This document shows, piece by piece, positions 27,201 through 37,028 of a DNA stretch of 64,000 nucleotides (positions within the stretch are counted from its first letter, which is position 1; every line of letters begins with the position of its first letter). The notes under the pieces were generated by a model. The model was not told the origin of the DNA, searched no databases, and saw only the letters and a list, made by a program, of their open reading frames with translations. Made by a program: the position numbers and the translations under genes. The stretch covers positions 83,311-147,310 of the forward strand of contig JAGATD010000033.1 of NCBI GenBank assembly GCA_017621415.1, read 5' to 3'. The stretch is from Clostridia bacterium. Its GTDB lineage: Bacteria > Bacillota > Clostridia > Oscillospirales > CAG-272.

Positions 27201-27598
27201 TCGGTTATTCCCTGAGCGGAGAGCTGTTCAGATGCCGCAAGATACCTCGAAACCATACTCTCGTTTACTGTTTTTGAGCCGCAGGATGAGAGAATGGGGC
27301 AAAGCTCGGTGAGCGCGCGCCACATAATAAGGCTCTTTTTCGTTTTGTCACAGTATTCACCGGATATTCCGCCAAGCGCTCTTGATGCGGTATCAGAAAG
27401 TCGTGTAAAGTTTGTCGCTTCAAAGCTCAAAGGAGCAGACGAGGGCAAAAGGTCTGCCATTTCAGCTTCTGCCATAACGGTTTGTTGCTCGGGGACAATA
27501 AGAAGAACCTTGTGCCCCTCGGCTACATGCTCCTTTATTTCGTCTTTTATTTTTTCACGGCCCAAAGAAGTAAATCCGCTTCTGATTATTCTAAGCAT
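24299..27598 (-). CDS. addB: helicase-exonuclease AddAB subunit AddB (PD-(D/E)xK nuclease with Fe-S cluster)
   Basis: N-terminal LLIVPEQQT motif. C-terminal nuclease block VDRVD....VRVVDYKTG and Cys cluster C(x)n..CESCEFKPIC. Start at ATG 27598 behind GGAGGAGG. Confidence 0.85.
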   Translation of the reverse strand: MLRIIRSGFTSLGREKIKDEIKEHVAEGHKVLLIVPEQQTVMAEAEMADLLPSSAPLSFEATNFTRLSDTASRALGGISGEYCDKTKKSLIMWRALTELCPILSSCGSKTVNESMVSRYLAASEQLSAQGITEAELIQVLDSDGLTDTRLKSKTKDLAAVFSLYKKLISQRYLDSMDAISAMPEKLRSNPEYLNKSYIFIEGFTSFTAPQYSVISELSKRGCVSVLINISHSASDSFEYAEVRDTIDRLKRVGRLADTDVKLENEYRCSNYESAITLSSELLWRQNGNFDKIGLQNNQQIRVLEAETPFEECDFIASDIKRRVMAGESFSDFAIVARNTEKYVGILDSSLELAKVPAFFSKKKDISSHEAIKLIYAAYAVTRSGFAKEAVIAYAKCALAGISREECDELEYYVEKWQINGSRFTDGEIWNMNPDGYTTMWRSGAAEHVAKINEIKSRLIAPLKDFADGQSKAKTVKEQAELFVSYLLRIKLPDSLESEAKKLELIGEGAIADETRRLWPMLCECLDTLVEVSDEMPSGSEAFIGQLKICLGQIDMAKIPSYVDEVTVGNADMLRLYGKKHIYLIGVNAGEFPGNVTDNDYFSEKDKAALSALGLSVSPELETKGAKELYIFTRCYTYATESVTLTYSARNTKYKVTERSGVIDRLISIVEGLEVKKISELCVSERIYSAEGALESLSTLSTVDLQAAEQALRKAGLSDMVDRCRSSITNASLSFTRSNFDNEARPISLTQSRIDSFRSCPFGYFCRYTLSLSPEEPAEFDARNIGTFIHAILENVFRHISDKGIDTASLSKEERENLTAKAAQKYLTELGEGADESSALTRIKISRLVRAATPIVDGLCDEFAVSGFKPKFFELAIAPDREDCPEPIKTKTLGGRDIYVYGYIDRVDTYESGDDVFVRVVDYKTGAKKFAPEDISEGKNLQMFLYLKSILDSGNKSFKEKLGVKEGGRAIPAGVIYIKTAVGDTRVDIPDDNIAEITVKEAQGREGMVLDNEESLTAMGLEFTPVTDKRKPDKVSDSKRKFLFTEDGFEEIMNDAMAAVATIAEGITGGNIKASPAEENGSTRCESCEFKPICRSAVIK

Positions 27599-28133
27599 TT
27601 TTACCTCCTCCAAGATACTTTTTATCAATACAGTATCCCTGTTTTCTTGACGATAGAATTATTTTTTCTCCTTGCTCGATTTTTTCTCTCAGGTAGTGGA
27701 TATAAACATTCACTATACCGTAATCGGCATCACCGCTCCATACGCGGGACAGTATTTCCTCTCGGCCGACAAACTCCCCCTCAGCCGACATAAGGCAGGA
27801 TAGAAGAGATGCTTCAAGCTCGGTAAGCTTTATTCTTTCTCCTCTGATACGGCAGATGCGGCCGTCAAGGGCGATAAGCGCCGCGCTATTATCTTCAATA
27901 AGGGTATTCAGCGACTCAAATTTGCAAGGAAGCGCAAGGTCGGCCGGTGATGAATAGCTCATAGTTAAAATCTTTTCATTTTTAGGAGCATCTGAATAAT
28001 CAATATCCCAAAGACATATATCACAGTCAGCATCAGCAGAGCCCAGAACCTCAACCGTGTATTTGTCTGACAGGGCGAGTTTTATTTTTTGCCCAAGATA
28101 CGGCTTGTCTGTTACCACAAGTACCTTTTTCAT
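27591..28133 (-). CDS. OmpR/PhoB-type winged-helix DNA-binding protein with a short, atypical receiver-like N-terminus
   Basis: C-terminal LTELEASLLSCLM...GEFV.REEIL..VW.......IVNVYIHYLREKI (Trans_reg_C pattern). The N-terminal ~85 aa resemble a truncated REC domain (VLVVTDKP; CLWDID). Confidence 0.7.
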   Translation of the reverse strand: MKKVLVVTDKPYLGQKIKLALSDKYTVEVLGSADADCDICLWDIDYSDAPKNEKILTMSYSSPADLALPCKFESLNTLIEDNSAALIALDGRICRIRGERIKLTELEASLLSCLMSAEGEFVGREEILSRVWSGDADYGIVNVYIHYLREKIEQGEKIILSSRKQGYCIDKKYLGGGKNA

Positions 28134-28262
28134 ATTCTGCGCTCCTTTCTAAATTCTAATTTATTAAAAACATTATAATATAACTTACACTCCTTGTCAA
28201 GTAGAAAACACAAAGAGGATGTCAGAAATCAACAACATCAACTTTCGCAATATCGAGAGCAA

Positions 28263-28300
28263 TTTTTGCAATTGTTGCAAAAAGCTTTATATTGTATAAT
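28263..28300 (+). promoter_or_regulatory. candidate promoter with an overlapping perfect palindrome (operator-like) upstream of eda
   Basis: TTTTTGCAA-TTG-TTGCAAAAA (28263-28283) overlaps a TTGTTG -35 (28273-28278); 16 bp; TATAAT (28295-28300). Confidence 0.4.
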
Positions 28301-28340
28301 ATATATGCATTTAAAATATAATTTTTAAGGAGATATAAAA

Positions 28341-29309
28341 ATGAACAACGACATGATGAAAGAACTCTATTCTATCGGCCTTATTCCTGTAATCAAGATT
28401 GAGAATCCCGATGATGCAGTTCCGCTTGCTAAGGCGCTTATCGACGGCGGTCTTCCCGCTGCTGAAATCACTTTCAGAACCGCATGCGCTGCTGAGGCTA
28501 TTAAGAATATCACCGAGGCATATCCCGAGATGCTTGTTGGTGCAGGAACTGTTCTTACCTGTGAGCAGGTAGACGCAGCAATTGCAGCAGGCTCTAAGTT
28601 TATTGTTTCCCCCGGTCTTAACCCCAAGGTAGTTTCCTACTGCCTCTCTAAGGGTGTTCCCATGCTTCCCGGCTGCTCCAACCCCTCTGATGTTGAGGTA
28701 GCTCTCGAGCTTGGTCTTAAGACTGTTAAGTTCTTCCCAGCAGAGGCTGTTGGCGGACTTAAGATGCTCAAGGCTATGGCTGCTCCTTACGGTCAGCTTA
28801 CCTTCATGCCCACAGGCGGCATCAATGCAGATAACCTTCTTGACTACCTTAAGTTCAACAAGATTGTTGCTTGCGGCGGCTCCTTTATGGTAAAGGATGA
28901 GCTTGTTAAGGAGAAGAAGTGGGACGAGATTACCGCTCTTACCAAGGATGCGGTTAAGAAGATGCTCGGTCTTGAATTTACCCACATGGGTATCAATACC
29001 GATAACAAGGAAGAGGCTGAAAAGTCTGCAAAGCTCTTCAATCTTCTCTTCGGTATGCCTATTAAGGAGACCTCCAAGTCTTACTTTGCGGGCGATGCCT
29101 TTGAGTTTATGATGGGCAAGGGCCCCGGCAAGTGCGGTCACATCGGTATTAAGACTCACTTTGTTGACAGAGCAATTGCATACTTCAAGCGTATGGGCTT
29201 TGAGTTTGACGAGTCCTCTATCACCTATGATGATAAGACCGGCAAGCCCAAGTTTGTATACTTTAAGGATGAGATTGCCGGATTTGCAGTTCACCTTGTT
29301 CAAAAATAA
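28341..29309 (+). CDS. eda: KDPG/KHG aldolase (Eda) fused to a C-terminal VOC/glyoxalase-like domain
   Basis: Residues 1-~205: IPVIKI......A.AL..GGL..AEITFRT, GAGTVL, KFFPAE..GG, PTGGI. Residues ~210-322: FTHMGIN...EA....F...FG.....GHIGI..... (VOC-like). Confidence 0.85.
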   Translation: MNNDMMKELYSIGLIPVIKIENPDDAVPLAKALIDGGLPAAEITFRTACAAEAIKNITEAYPEMLVGAGTVLTCEQVDAAIAAGSKFIVSPGLNPKVVSYCLSKGVPMLPGCSNPSDVEVALELGLKTVKFFPAEAVGGLKMLKAMAAPYGQLTFMPTGGINADNLLDYLKFNKIVACGGSFMVKDELVKEKKWDEITALTKDAVKKMLGLEFTHMGINTDNKEEAEKSAKLFNLLFGMPIKETSKSYFAGDAFEFMMGKGPGKCGHIGIKTHFVDRAIAYFKRMGFEFDESSITYDDKTGKPKFVYFKDEIAGFAVHLVQK

Positions 29310-29407
29310 TTTTCGGATATAATATGTGTGTTGCGGGCTTTGCGTAGATAATTGCGCCCAGTGCCGGCGAGAAGTAGCAATCTCGAAAATTCAAACTTTA
29401 GCTATCA

Positions 29408-29435
29408 AGCTCCCTTGAAAAAAGGGAGCTTTTTT
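29408..29435 (+). terminator. intrinsic terminator after eda
   Basis: AGCTCCCTT-GAAAA-AAGGGAGCT followed by TTTTT. Confidence 0.7.
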
Positions 29436-29485
29436 CGTCTTAATTATAAAAAATAAAACTCCCTTTTACAGGAGTTTTTGAGGGG
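29431..29485. repeat. 55-bp direct repeat, copy 1 (contains a bidirectional terminator hairpin)
   Basis: TTTTTCGTCTTAATTATAAAAAATAAAACTCCCTTTTACAGGAGTTTTTGAGGGG is identical to 30894..30948. Internal hairpin AAAACTCC-CTTTTACA-GGAGTTTT. Confidence 0.9.
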
Positions 29486-29570
29486 ATTTTGGGGCTATCT
29501 CAATGAGACAACCCCATATTTATAACGAACATATTTTGCACTATTTTTCACTTGTTGAAATATGATATTT

Positions 29571-30206
29571 TTATCCGTTATTAGTGCAATAAAGATAACC
29601 CATGTTGGTGAAAGATTGAACGGTCATTGCGATAGGATCTATTCCGATTTTGAATTCATACAAACCAGAACCGTAAGCTTTCGCATTTGTTGTGGATATG
29701 TTGTATCCAGCTGCATCAAAATTGCTACAACTCCATCCTAATGCGTAGGTATAACCATACGAAGTAGCTCCAATGTACTCGACACTAATGCCATCATATA
29801 TGAAGTCTGCATCAACGTAAAAATCCCAAATTGTCATACCGAAAACGTTTTTTCCTTCAGCATGATATCTTTTCATTACCCAATAAGCGGTGCCTCTAGT
29901 GTTTTTCTGTGAGGTATATTCTTCACACGTTATTGTTACATAGTATGTATCGTTGAGTTTGATTGTTGTTTCATCATCCGAAACCATTCTTGAAGCATTT
30001 AAAGCATTGGACAGTTTATTCGTTGAGAATGCATCAATCATGTCATCAATTTCTTTGTCGGAATATGTGTAATTGTTCCATGCAGCAGCCTTGCTTGAAT
30101 CATAGGATGCTTTGGTAGAGGTGATAGCCGGTTCTTGTGCATTTACGCTAAGGGCAAATGTAAGCATCAGTCCAATGGCTAAGATGAGGGAAGTAAGTTT
30201 TTTCAT
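29571..30206 (-). CDS. secreted hypothetical protein (211 aa)
   Basis: Start at ATG 30206 (AAAGGATGG RBS). Signal peptide MKKLTSLILAIGLMLTFALSVNA/QE; Tyr/Gly/Thr-rich mature part with no recognisable family. The region is visibly more A+T-rich than its flanks. Confidence 0.65.
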   Translation of the reverse strand: MKKLTSLILAIGLMLTFALSVNAQEPAITSTKASYDSSKAAAWNNYTYSDKEIDDMIDAFSTNKLSNALNASRMVSDDETTIKLNDTYYVTITCEEYTSQKNTRGTAYWVMKRYHAEGKNVFGMTIWDFYVDADFIYDGISVEYIGATSYGYTYALGWSCSNFDAAGYNISTTNAKAYGSGLYEFKIGIDPIAMTVQSFTNMGYLYCTNNG

Positions 30207-30316
30207 TAATAACCATCCTTTCGGTTTGTTTCCATAGCAAAATACGATATGGAAGTTTTGTTCTTGTAAAGGGAAAAACAGATAATACATTCGTATAAAT
30301 TTTTGTATTACTATGT

Positions 30317-30757
30317 TTATAAGGAAAGTTCCTTTGTAAACACATCAGATGATGATACGTTAATGGAAATAGTTTTTCCAAAAGTGTACCATAGTAAAAG
30401 CAGAACTATAATTGAAATCAACGTTATGCCAACAATTTTCCAAATTTTCCTATTAAATCTTGCTTTGGTTGCCAGTTGTTCATTTAACTTTGATAGCTGA
30501 ATAGCGAGAAAATTTTTTGATTCAACAGTATCGGTTGTTTCAGCATAATCATCTAATTCAGAATTAGGAGATTTTAATAAATATTGAACATCCGTTTCCA
30601 ACACCAGAGCAATTTTTTCAAGCAAATTAGCATCAGGCACAGAGAGATTTTTTTCCCATTTTGATATGGTTTGTCTCACTATGTGAAGTTCTGTTGCTAA
30701 GTCCTCTTGCGTTAATCCTTTTTGCTTTCGTAATTTTTTGATATTATCTCCAAGCAT
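30317..30757 (-). CDS. membrane-anchored XRE-family HTH regulator
   Basis: Start at ATG 30757 behind GGGAGG. GDNIKKLRKQKGLTQEDLATELHIVRQTISKWE HTH and one TM helix (IWKIVGITLISIIVLLLLWY). Confidence 0.75.
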   Translation of the reverse strand: MLGDNIKKLRKQKGLTQEDLATELHIVRQTISKWEKNLSVPDANLLEKIALVLETDVQYLLKSPNSELDDYAETTDTVESKNFLAIQLSKLNEQLATKARFNRKIWKIVGITLISIIVLLLLWYTFGKTISINVSSSDVFTKELSL

Positions 30758-30893
30758 TATGGACCTCCCATCGGTTGTTTTTGCCATTAGTATATCACAA
30801 TTTGTGCGTTGCTTCAAGCAACGCATATTAACATTACTGTAAATTTTCGTAAAATGTAGTGACTAAATAGCTGAGAGTATTATCAACTTAATG

Positions 30894-30948
30894 TTTTTCG
30901 TCTTAATTATAAAAAATAAAACTCCCTTTTACAGGAGTTTTTGAGGGG
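30894..30948. repeat. 55-bp direct repeat, copy 2; also serves as the atpC terminator region
   Basis: Identical to 29431..29485. On the - strand the hairpin AAAACTCC..GGAGTTTT is followed by ATTTTTT. Confidence 0.9.
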
Positions 30949-30997
30949 TTTTAAGGGGAGCTTTTTGCAAAAAGCTCCCATCTTTCTTTATCATCTG

Positions 30998-31414
30998 CTA
31001 TTTGTGATTATTCTCGGCAACGCTGATACGGCTTATTGCTCGTTTAAGCTTTGCCTTTGCCAAAAGAATATCCCTGTCGTTTTTTGCTCTCGTAAGGGCT
31101 TCTTCGGCTCTTTCCTTTGCTGCCCTTGCGCGGTTTATGTCTATCTCATCAGCAAATTCAAAGGTAGTGGCAACAAGCTTGACTGACTTTTTGTCAACCG
31201 AGATAAACCCACCCGACAAGGCGCCTATTCTGTCCCCCGTGGATGTTCTTATCCTCGCTCTGCCTGTGGCAAGAGTTGCAAGATAGTCTGCGTGCCCTGC
31301 GAGAATTTCAACATCACCGTCGTCTGTGCGAACAAGCAAGCTTTCCGCCTCACCTCTATAAGCTGAGCCGTCAGGGGTTACTATTTCAAGCTGAAATGTT
31401 CTCATATCGCTCAC
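30998..31414 (-). CDS. atpC: F1 ATP synthase epsilon subunit
   Basis: 138 aa; F.LEIVTPDG........VR...G...IL.GH motif; last gene of the atp operon. Confidence 0.9.
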   Translation of the reverse strand: MSDMRTFQLEIVTPDGSAYRGEAESLLVRTDDGDVEILAGHADYLATLATGRARIRTSTGDRIGALSGGFISVDKKSVKLVATTFEFADEIDINRARAAKERAEEALTRAKNDRDILLAKAKLKRAISRISVAENNHK

Positions 31415-31416
31415 CG

Positions 31417-32859
<1,443 letters not shown>

Positions 32860-32958
32860 TTATATTTTTGCGCAAAAAAGCAAAACCAAAAATGAACTTT
32901 AATTTATCATTTTTCATTTTCAATTTCTCATTTAAGGCGAAATTTTTCGCCTTAAAGC

Positions 32959-33261
32959 GCTTCGCTGCCGGAAACGATCTCTGTTATTTCTTGTGTTATA
33001 ACTGCTTGACGAGCTCTGTTTCCAGCCTTCCCCTTGGGGAAGGGGGACCGGCTTGCCGGTGGATGAGGTGGCTACAATGCTTCGCTGCCGGAAACGATCT
33101 CTGTTATTTCTTGTGTTATAACTGCTTGACGAGCTCTGTTTCCAGCCTTCCCCGTTGGGGAAGGGGGACCGGCTTGCCGGTGGATGAGGTGGCTACAATG
33201 CTTCGCTGCCGGAAACGATCTCTGTTATTTCTTGTGTTATAACTGCTTGACGAGCTCTGTT
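32959..33261. repeat. tandem repeat, period 120/121 bp, 2.5 copies: 62-bp atpG 3' end plus a 58/59-bp double-hairpin element
   Basis: The 62-bp unit GCTTCGCTGCCGGAAACGATCTCTGTTATTTCTTGTGTTATAACTGCTTGACGAGCTCTGTT occurs at 32959, 33079 and 33200. Elements lie at 33021..33078 and 33141..33199. Confidence 0.95.
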
Positions 33262-34041
33262 GTAGCTTAACATCAAGCTATCAATCATCTCGGTCGCGTT
33301 TTTGTTTGCTGCGTTCATTGCCGTTCGTCTTGCACCTGATTCAGAAGCCAGCGACTCGGAGACTGCAGACGCTAAAACTCCTCCGATGTACTGTGGCACA
33401 ATTTTATCAAGCATTTCCTCGGGGTCACCCTCAAAGAGAATATCGTTTTCTTTAAAATCGGTTTTGCTTTCCTCGTTGTTAAAAGGAAGAAGATTTACAC
33501 TTTGAGGAAGCTGTGTCAGCATTGAAACAAATTTTGTATACACAAGTGTCACTCGCTTAAATTCACCGTTTTTGTATCCCGTGGCAATAAGCCTTGAAAT
33601 GTCAAGCGCCCTGCCAACAGATACGTCATCTGCATATTCGAATGAGTCGCTGAAGATAGGAGTGCCTCTGTGGCGATAATGCTCAAGCGCCTTTTTACCT
33701 ATCGGTAAAACAATATCGCCCTCGTTATATAAGGATGCCGCAAGCTTAAAAATGTTAGAGTTGTATCCTCCTGCAAGACCTCTATCACCGGCTATTACAA
33801 TAAGGAGACCGGGTCCGCCATCTGACTTAGCCGACCAGACAGAGCCCTTGGCTTCTGATGAAGCATCTATTATGTCGATAGCACTTCTTATAACCTCAAA
33901 ATAAGGGCGTGACCTTTCGGCCTTTTCCTTTGCGCGCCTGAGCTTTGATGTAGCAACAAGCTCCATAGCTTTGGTTATCTGTCTTGTGCTTTCGACACTT
34001 TTTATGTGAGCTTTAATGTCATTCATTGACCTGCCAGCCAT
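33193..34041 (-). CDS. atpG: F1 ATP synthase gamma subunit
   Basis: 282 aa; I...ES..QITKAMELVA..KLRRA and C-terminal NRARQA.IT.E..EI.SG. Confidence 0.95.
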   Translation of the reverse strand: MAGRSMNDIKAHIKSVESTRQITKAMELVATSKLRRAKEKAERSRPYFEVIRSAIDIIDASSEAKGSVWSAKSDGGPGLLIVIAGDRGLAGGYNSNIFKLAASLYNEGDIVLPIGKKALEHYRHRGTPIFSDSFEYADDVSVGRALDISRLIATGYKNGEFKRVTLVYTKFVSMLTQLPQSVNLLPFNNEESKTDFKENDILFEGDPEEMLDKIVPQYIGGVLASAVSESLASESGARRTAMNAANKNATEMIDSLMLSYNRARQAVITQEITEIVSGSEAL

Positions 34042-34089
34042 GACGTTTTTTCTCCTTTCTGTAAACTATTATTTTCAAAATAGCCTGTT

Positions 34090-35592
34090 TTAGAAATTTT
34101 CTTTGCAGTGGTTGATAGCATTTTTGAGAATTTCTTCGTTCTCAGAAGAGAGAACTCCGCTTGTTCTAATGTCTGCAAGAAGACTCTCGCAGTTTGAGGT
34201 GAGATACTCGAACAGTCTCTCTTCAAAGAGCGGAATATCCTCTACTGCAATTTCCTTAAGCATATTATTGACTACCGCATATATAATGGCTACCTGAAGC
34301 TCTACTGCGATAGGTGAATTTCTGTTTTGCTTAAGAACCGCAACAATTCTTTCACCCTGGGCAAGGCGAGCCTTTGTGTCGGCATCAAGGTCGGAGCCAA
34401 ACTGAGCAAAGCCTGCAAGCTCGCGGTACTGAGAGTAAAGGAGCTTAAGAGTTCCCGAGACCTTTTTCATCGCCTTGATTTGCGCATTACCGCCAACACG
34501 GGATACCGAAATACCGGGGTTAACCGCGGGTCTTACACCCGAGTGGAAAAGCTCGGTTTCAAGGAATATCTGACCGTCGGTGATAGAAATTACGTTTGTG
34601 GGAATATAAGCAGAAACGTCGCCTGCCTGCGTCTCAATTATCGGAAGAGCGGTAAGCGAGCCGCCGCCATACTCGGGTGCAAGACGCGCCGCACGCTCAA
34701 GAAGTCGTGAGTGAAGATAGAACACGTCTCCCGGATAAGCCTCTCTGCCCGGGGGGCGTCTGATAAGCAGGGAAAGCGCTCGGTATGCGACTGCGTGCTT
34801 TGACAGGTCGTCGTAAATTATGAGAACATCTTTTCCTTTATCCATAAAGTATTCACCCATAATACAGCCGGAGTATGGAGCAATATACTGCAGGGGAGCG
34901 GGGTCTGAGGCGGTTGCCGCAACAACTATGGTGTAGTCCATAGCCCCTGCCTTGGTCAGGGTTTCAACAACACCTGTAACCGTTGACTGCTTTTGTCCTA
35001 TGGCAACATAGATGCATATAACATCCTTGCCCTTTTGGTTGATTATTGTATCGGTGGCAATAACGGTTTTACCTGTTTGGCGGTCACCGATAATAAGCTC
35101 ACGCTGACCTCTGCCGATAGGAATCATTGAGTCAATAGCCTTAATACCTGTTTGTAACGGTACAGAAACAGATTTTCTCTCAATTATTCCATAGGCGCGT
35201 CTTTCAATGGGATTATATTCGGCAGCTTCAATGGGACCCTTGGAGTCTACCGGCTCACCGAGAGCATTTACAACTCTGCCAACCATGTTTTCGCCGACAG
35301 GGACTGATACAACTCTGCCTGTGCGCTTAACAAGGCTGCCCTCGCTGATGCCAACATCACTGCCGAGAAGAACCGCGCTGACAAGATTCTCTTCAAGGTT
35401 AAGCGCCATACCGTAGGTGCCGTTTGAAAACTCAAGAAGCTCGTTGGACTTGCACTTATCAAGGCCGTGAACTTTTGAAATACCGTCACCAACAGAGATA
35501 ACATAGCCAACCTCGTCTTGCTCGGTTTTCTTAGAGTAGTTTTTTATCTGCTCTTTAATTATCTTGCTGATATCATCTATTTTAGATTGCAT
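34090..35592 (-). CDS. atpA: F1 ATP synthase alpha subunit
   Basis: Walker A GDRQTGKT; 500 aa; typical alpha-subunit motifs. Confidence 0.95.
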   Translation of the reverse strand: MQSKIDDISKIIKEQIKNYSKKTEQDEVGYVISVGDGISKVHGLDKCKSNELLEFSNGTYGMALNLEENLVSAVLLGSDVGISEGSLVKRTGRVVSVPVGENMVGRVVNALGEPVDSKGPIEAAEYNPIERRAYGIIERKSVSVPLQTGIKAIDSMIPIGRGQRELIIGDRQTGKTVIATDTIINQKGKDVICIYVAIGQKQSTVTGVVETLTKAGAMDYTIVVAATASDPAPLQYIAPYSGCIMGEYFMDKGKDVLIIYDDLSKHAVAYRALSLLIRRPPGREAYPGDVFYLHSRLLERAARLAPEYGGGSLTALPIIETQAGDVSAYIPTNVISITDGQIFLETELFHSGVRPAVNPGISVSRVGGNAQIKAMKKVSGTLKLLYSQYRELAGFAQFGSDLDADTKARLAQGERIVAVLKQNRNSPIAVELQVAIIYAVVNNMLKEIAVEDIPLFEERLFEYLTSNCESLLADIRTSGVLSSENEEILKNAINHCKENF

Positions 35593-35639
35593 TCTTTTTC
35601 TTCTTTCTTTCTGCCCTTGCAGAAGCTTTTTCGGAAAAA

Positions 35640-36173
35640 TTAAATAACTGTTTTGGCAAGAGCCTCTTCAAACTTATCAAGCCTTGTTTTAACAGAGCCG
35701 TCAAGCTGAACTTCTCCGTATCGGAGCATAACTCCGCCAAGAATATTTTTGTCTTGGGTATTCTTTAAAACAACCGTCTTTCCTGTCTCGTCCTCAAGCT
35801 TTTTCTTCATATTAAGAAGCTGATTTTCGGACATAGGAACAGCGGTTATGGCCTCGGCATGCAGAATTCCGCGCGCATCACAGTAAAGGGCATAATACTC
35901 CTTCTGCAAATGAGGGATAATACGTGCCAGCCTGGATTCGGCCAAAATCTTTATTAGATTTTTGAGCATTAAGTTAAATGAGGACAAAGCCTCGTCAATA
36001 AGCGAAAGTCGTTCCTCTTTAGAGAGGGCAGGGGTGTCGAGAAGCCTTGAATATTCGGGATTTTCTTTCATTATCCCGGCGATGGCAGAAAGCTCCTCCA
36101 GAACCGCTTCGGTCGTGCCCTCTTCCTCTGTCAGAAGAAACAGGGCCTTTGCATATTCCTTGGCTCCGTTCAT
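35640..36173 (-). CDS. atpH: F1 ATP synthase delta (OSCP) subunit
   Basis: 177 aa; YAKALF N-terminus; position between atpF and atpA. Confidence 0.85.
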   Translation of the reverse strand: MNGAKEYAKALFLLTEEEGTTEAVLEELSAIAGIMKENPEYSRLLDTPALSKEERLSLIDEALSSFNLMLKNLIKILAESRLARIIPHLQKEYYALYCDARGILHAEAITAVPMSENQLLNMKKKLEDETGKTVVLKNTQDKNILGGVMLRYGEVQLDGSVKTRLDKFEEALAKTVI

Positions 36174-36694
36174 TTTTCATCACCCATATTATTGATAAAA
36201 TCGTCAATTAGGTCGGAATGCTCCTCTGCCTTAACATCGCGCTCAATAACGGCAGATGCTATGCTGATAGCCATTTCCGAAACCTCATTTTTCACCTGAT
36301 TAAGAGCATGCTTTTTCTCAAGCTCAATCTGCTCCTCAGCTCTTTTAAGGGTGCGGGCAGCCTCGTCGTTTGCTTCCTTGATAATTTCCTCCTCACGAAG
36401 CAGTGCGCGGCGCTGCGCATCCTTAAGTATAGCCTCGCTCTCGCTGTGTGCCTCGGAGAGCTTCTTTTCATACTCGGTCTTCATATTTTCCGCATCAGTG
36501 CGAGAGATTTCCGCCTCGGAGTACATATCATCAATCTCCTTTTGGCGGGAATCTATCATTCTCTTAAGCGGAACAAAGGCCAGCTTTTTCAAGAAAAGAT
36601 AAAGGATAAGAAGGTTTAGCCAGGCGAAAAGCATTGTCCATGGATTTACACCGACAAAGGCTTCAAATTTCTGTAAAAACCACTGATATTCCAC
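36170..36694 (-). CDS. atpF: Fo ATP synthase subunit b
   Basis: One N-terminal TM helix followed by a long charged helix; 4-nt overlap with atpH. Confidence 0.85.
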   Translation of the reverse strand: MEYQWFLQKFEAFVGVNPWTMLFAWLNLLILYLFLKKLAFVPLKRMIDSRQKEIDDMYSEAEISRTDAENMKTEYEKKLSEAHSESEAILKDAQRRALLREEEIIKEANDEAARTLKRAEEQIELEKKHALNQVKNEVSEMAISIASAVIERDVKAEEHSDLIDDFINNMGDEK

Positions 36695-36743
36695 TTGCTT
36701 TTCCTTTCTTCTCTAAGCTTTTTGTAATATCCTTATAAGAACA

Positions 36744-36983
<240 letters not shown>

Positions 36984-37028
36984 CTAGATTTCAATTTATT
37001 TTTTATTTTTTGAATACAAATGTAAATA

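Noticed and set aside
28311-29303. 330-aa - strand ORF
   Set aside because: Antisense to eda. The + strand translation has unambiguous KDPG aldolase motifs.
32868-33242. 124-aa + strand ORF in the atpD-atpG spacer with an internally repeated peptide (FAAGNDLCYFLCYNCLTSSVSSLP...)
   Set aside because: It is the antisense reading of the triplicated atpG tail plus the hairpin elements. The internal repeat simply mirrors the 120-bp DNA repeat. There is no RBS, and it runs opposite to the atp operon.
32959-33261. Possible CRISPR array (regular repeats with intervening sequence)
   Set aside because: Both the repeat (62 bp) and the spacer (58/59 bp) are themselves repeated identically. The repeat is the atpG coding end. 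No cas genes are present.
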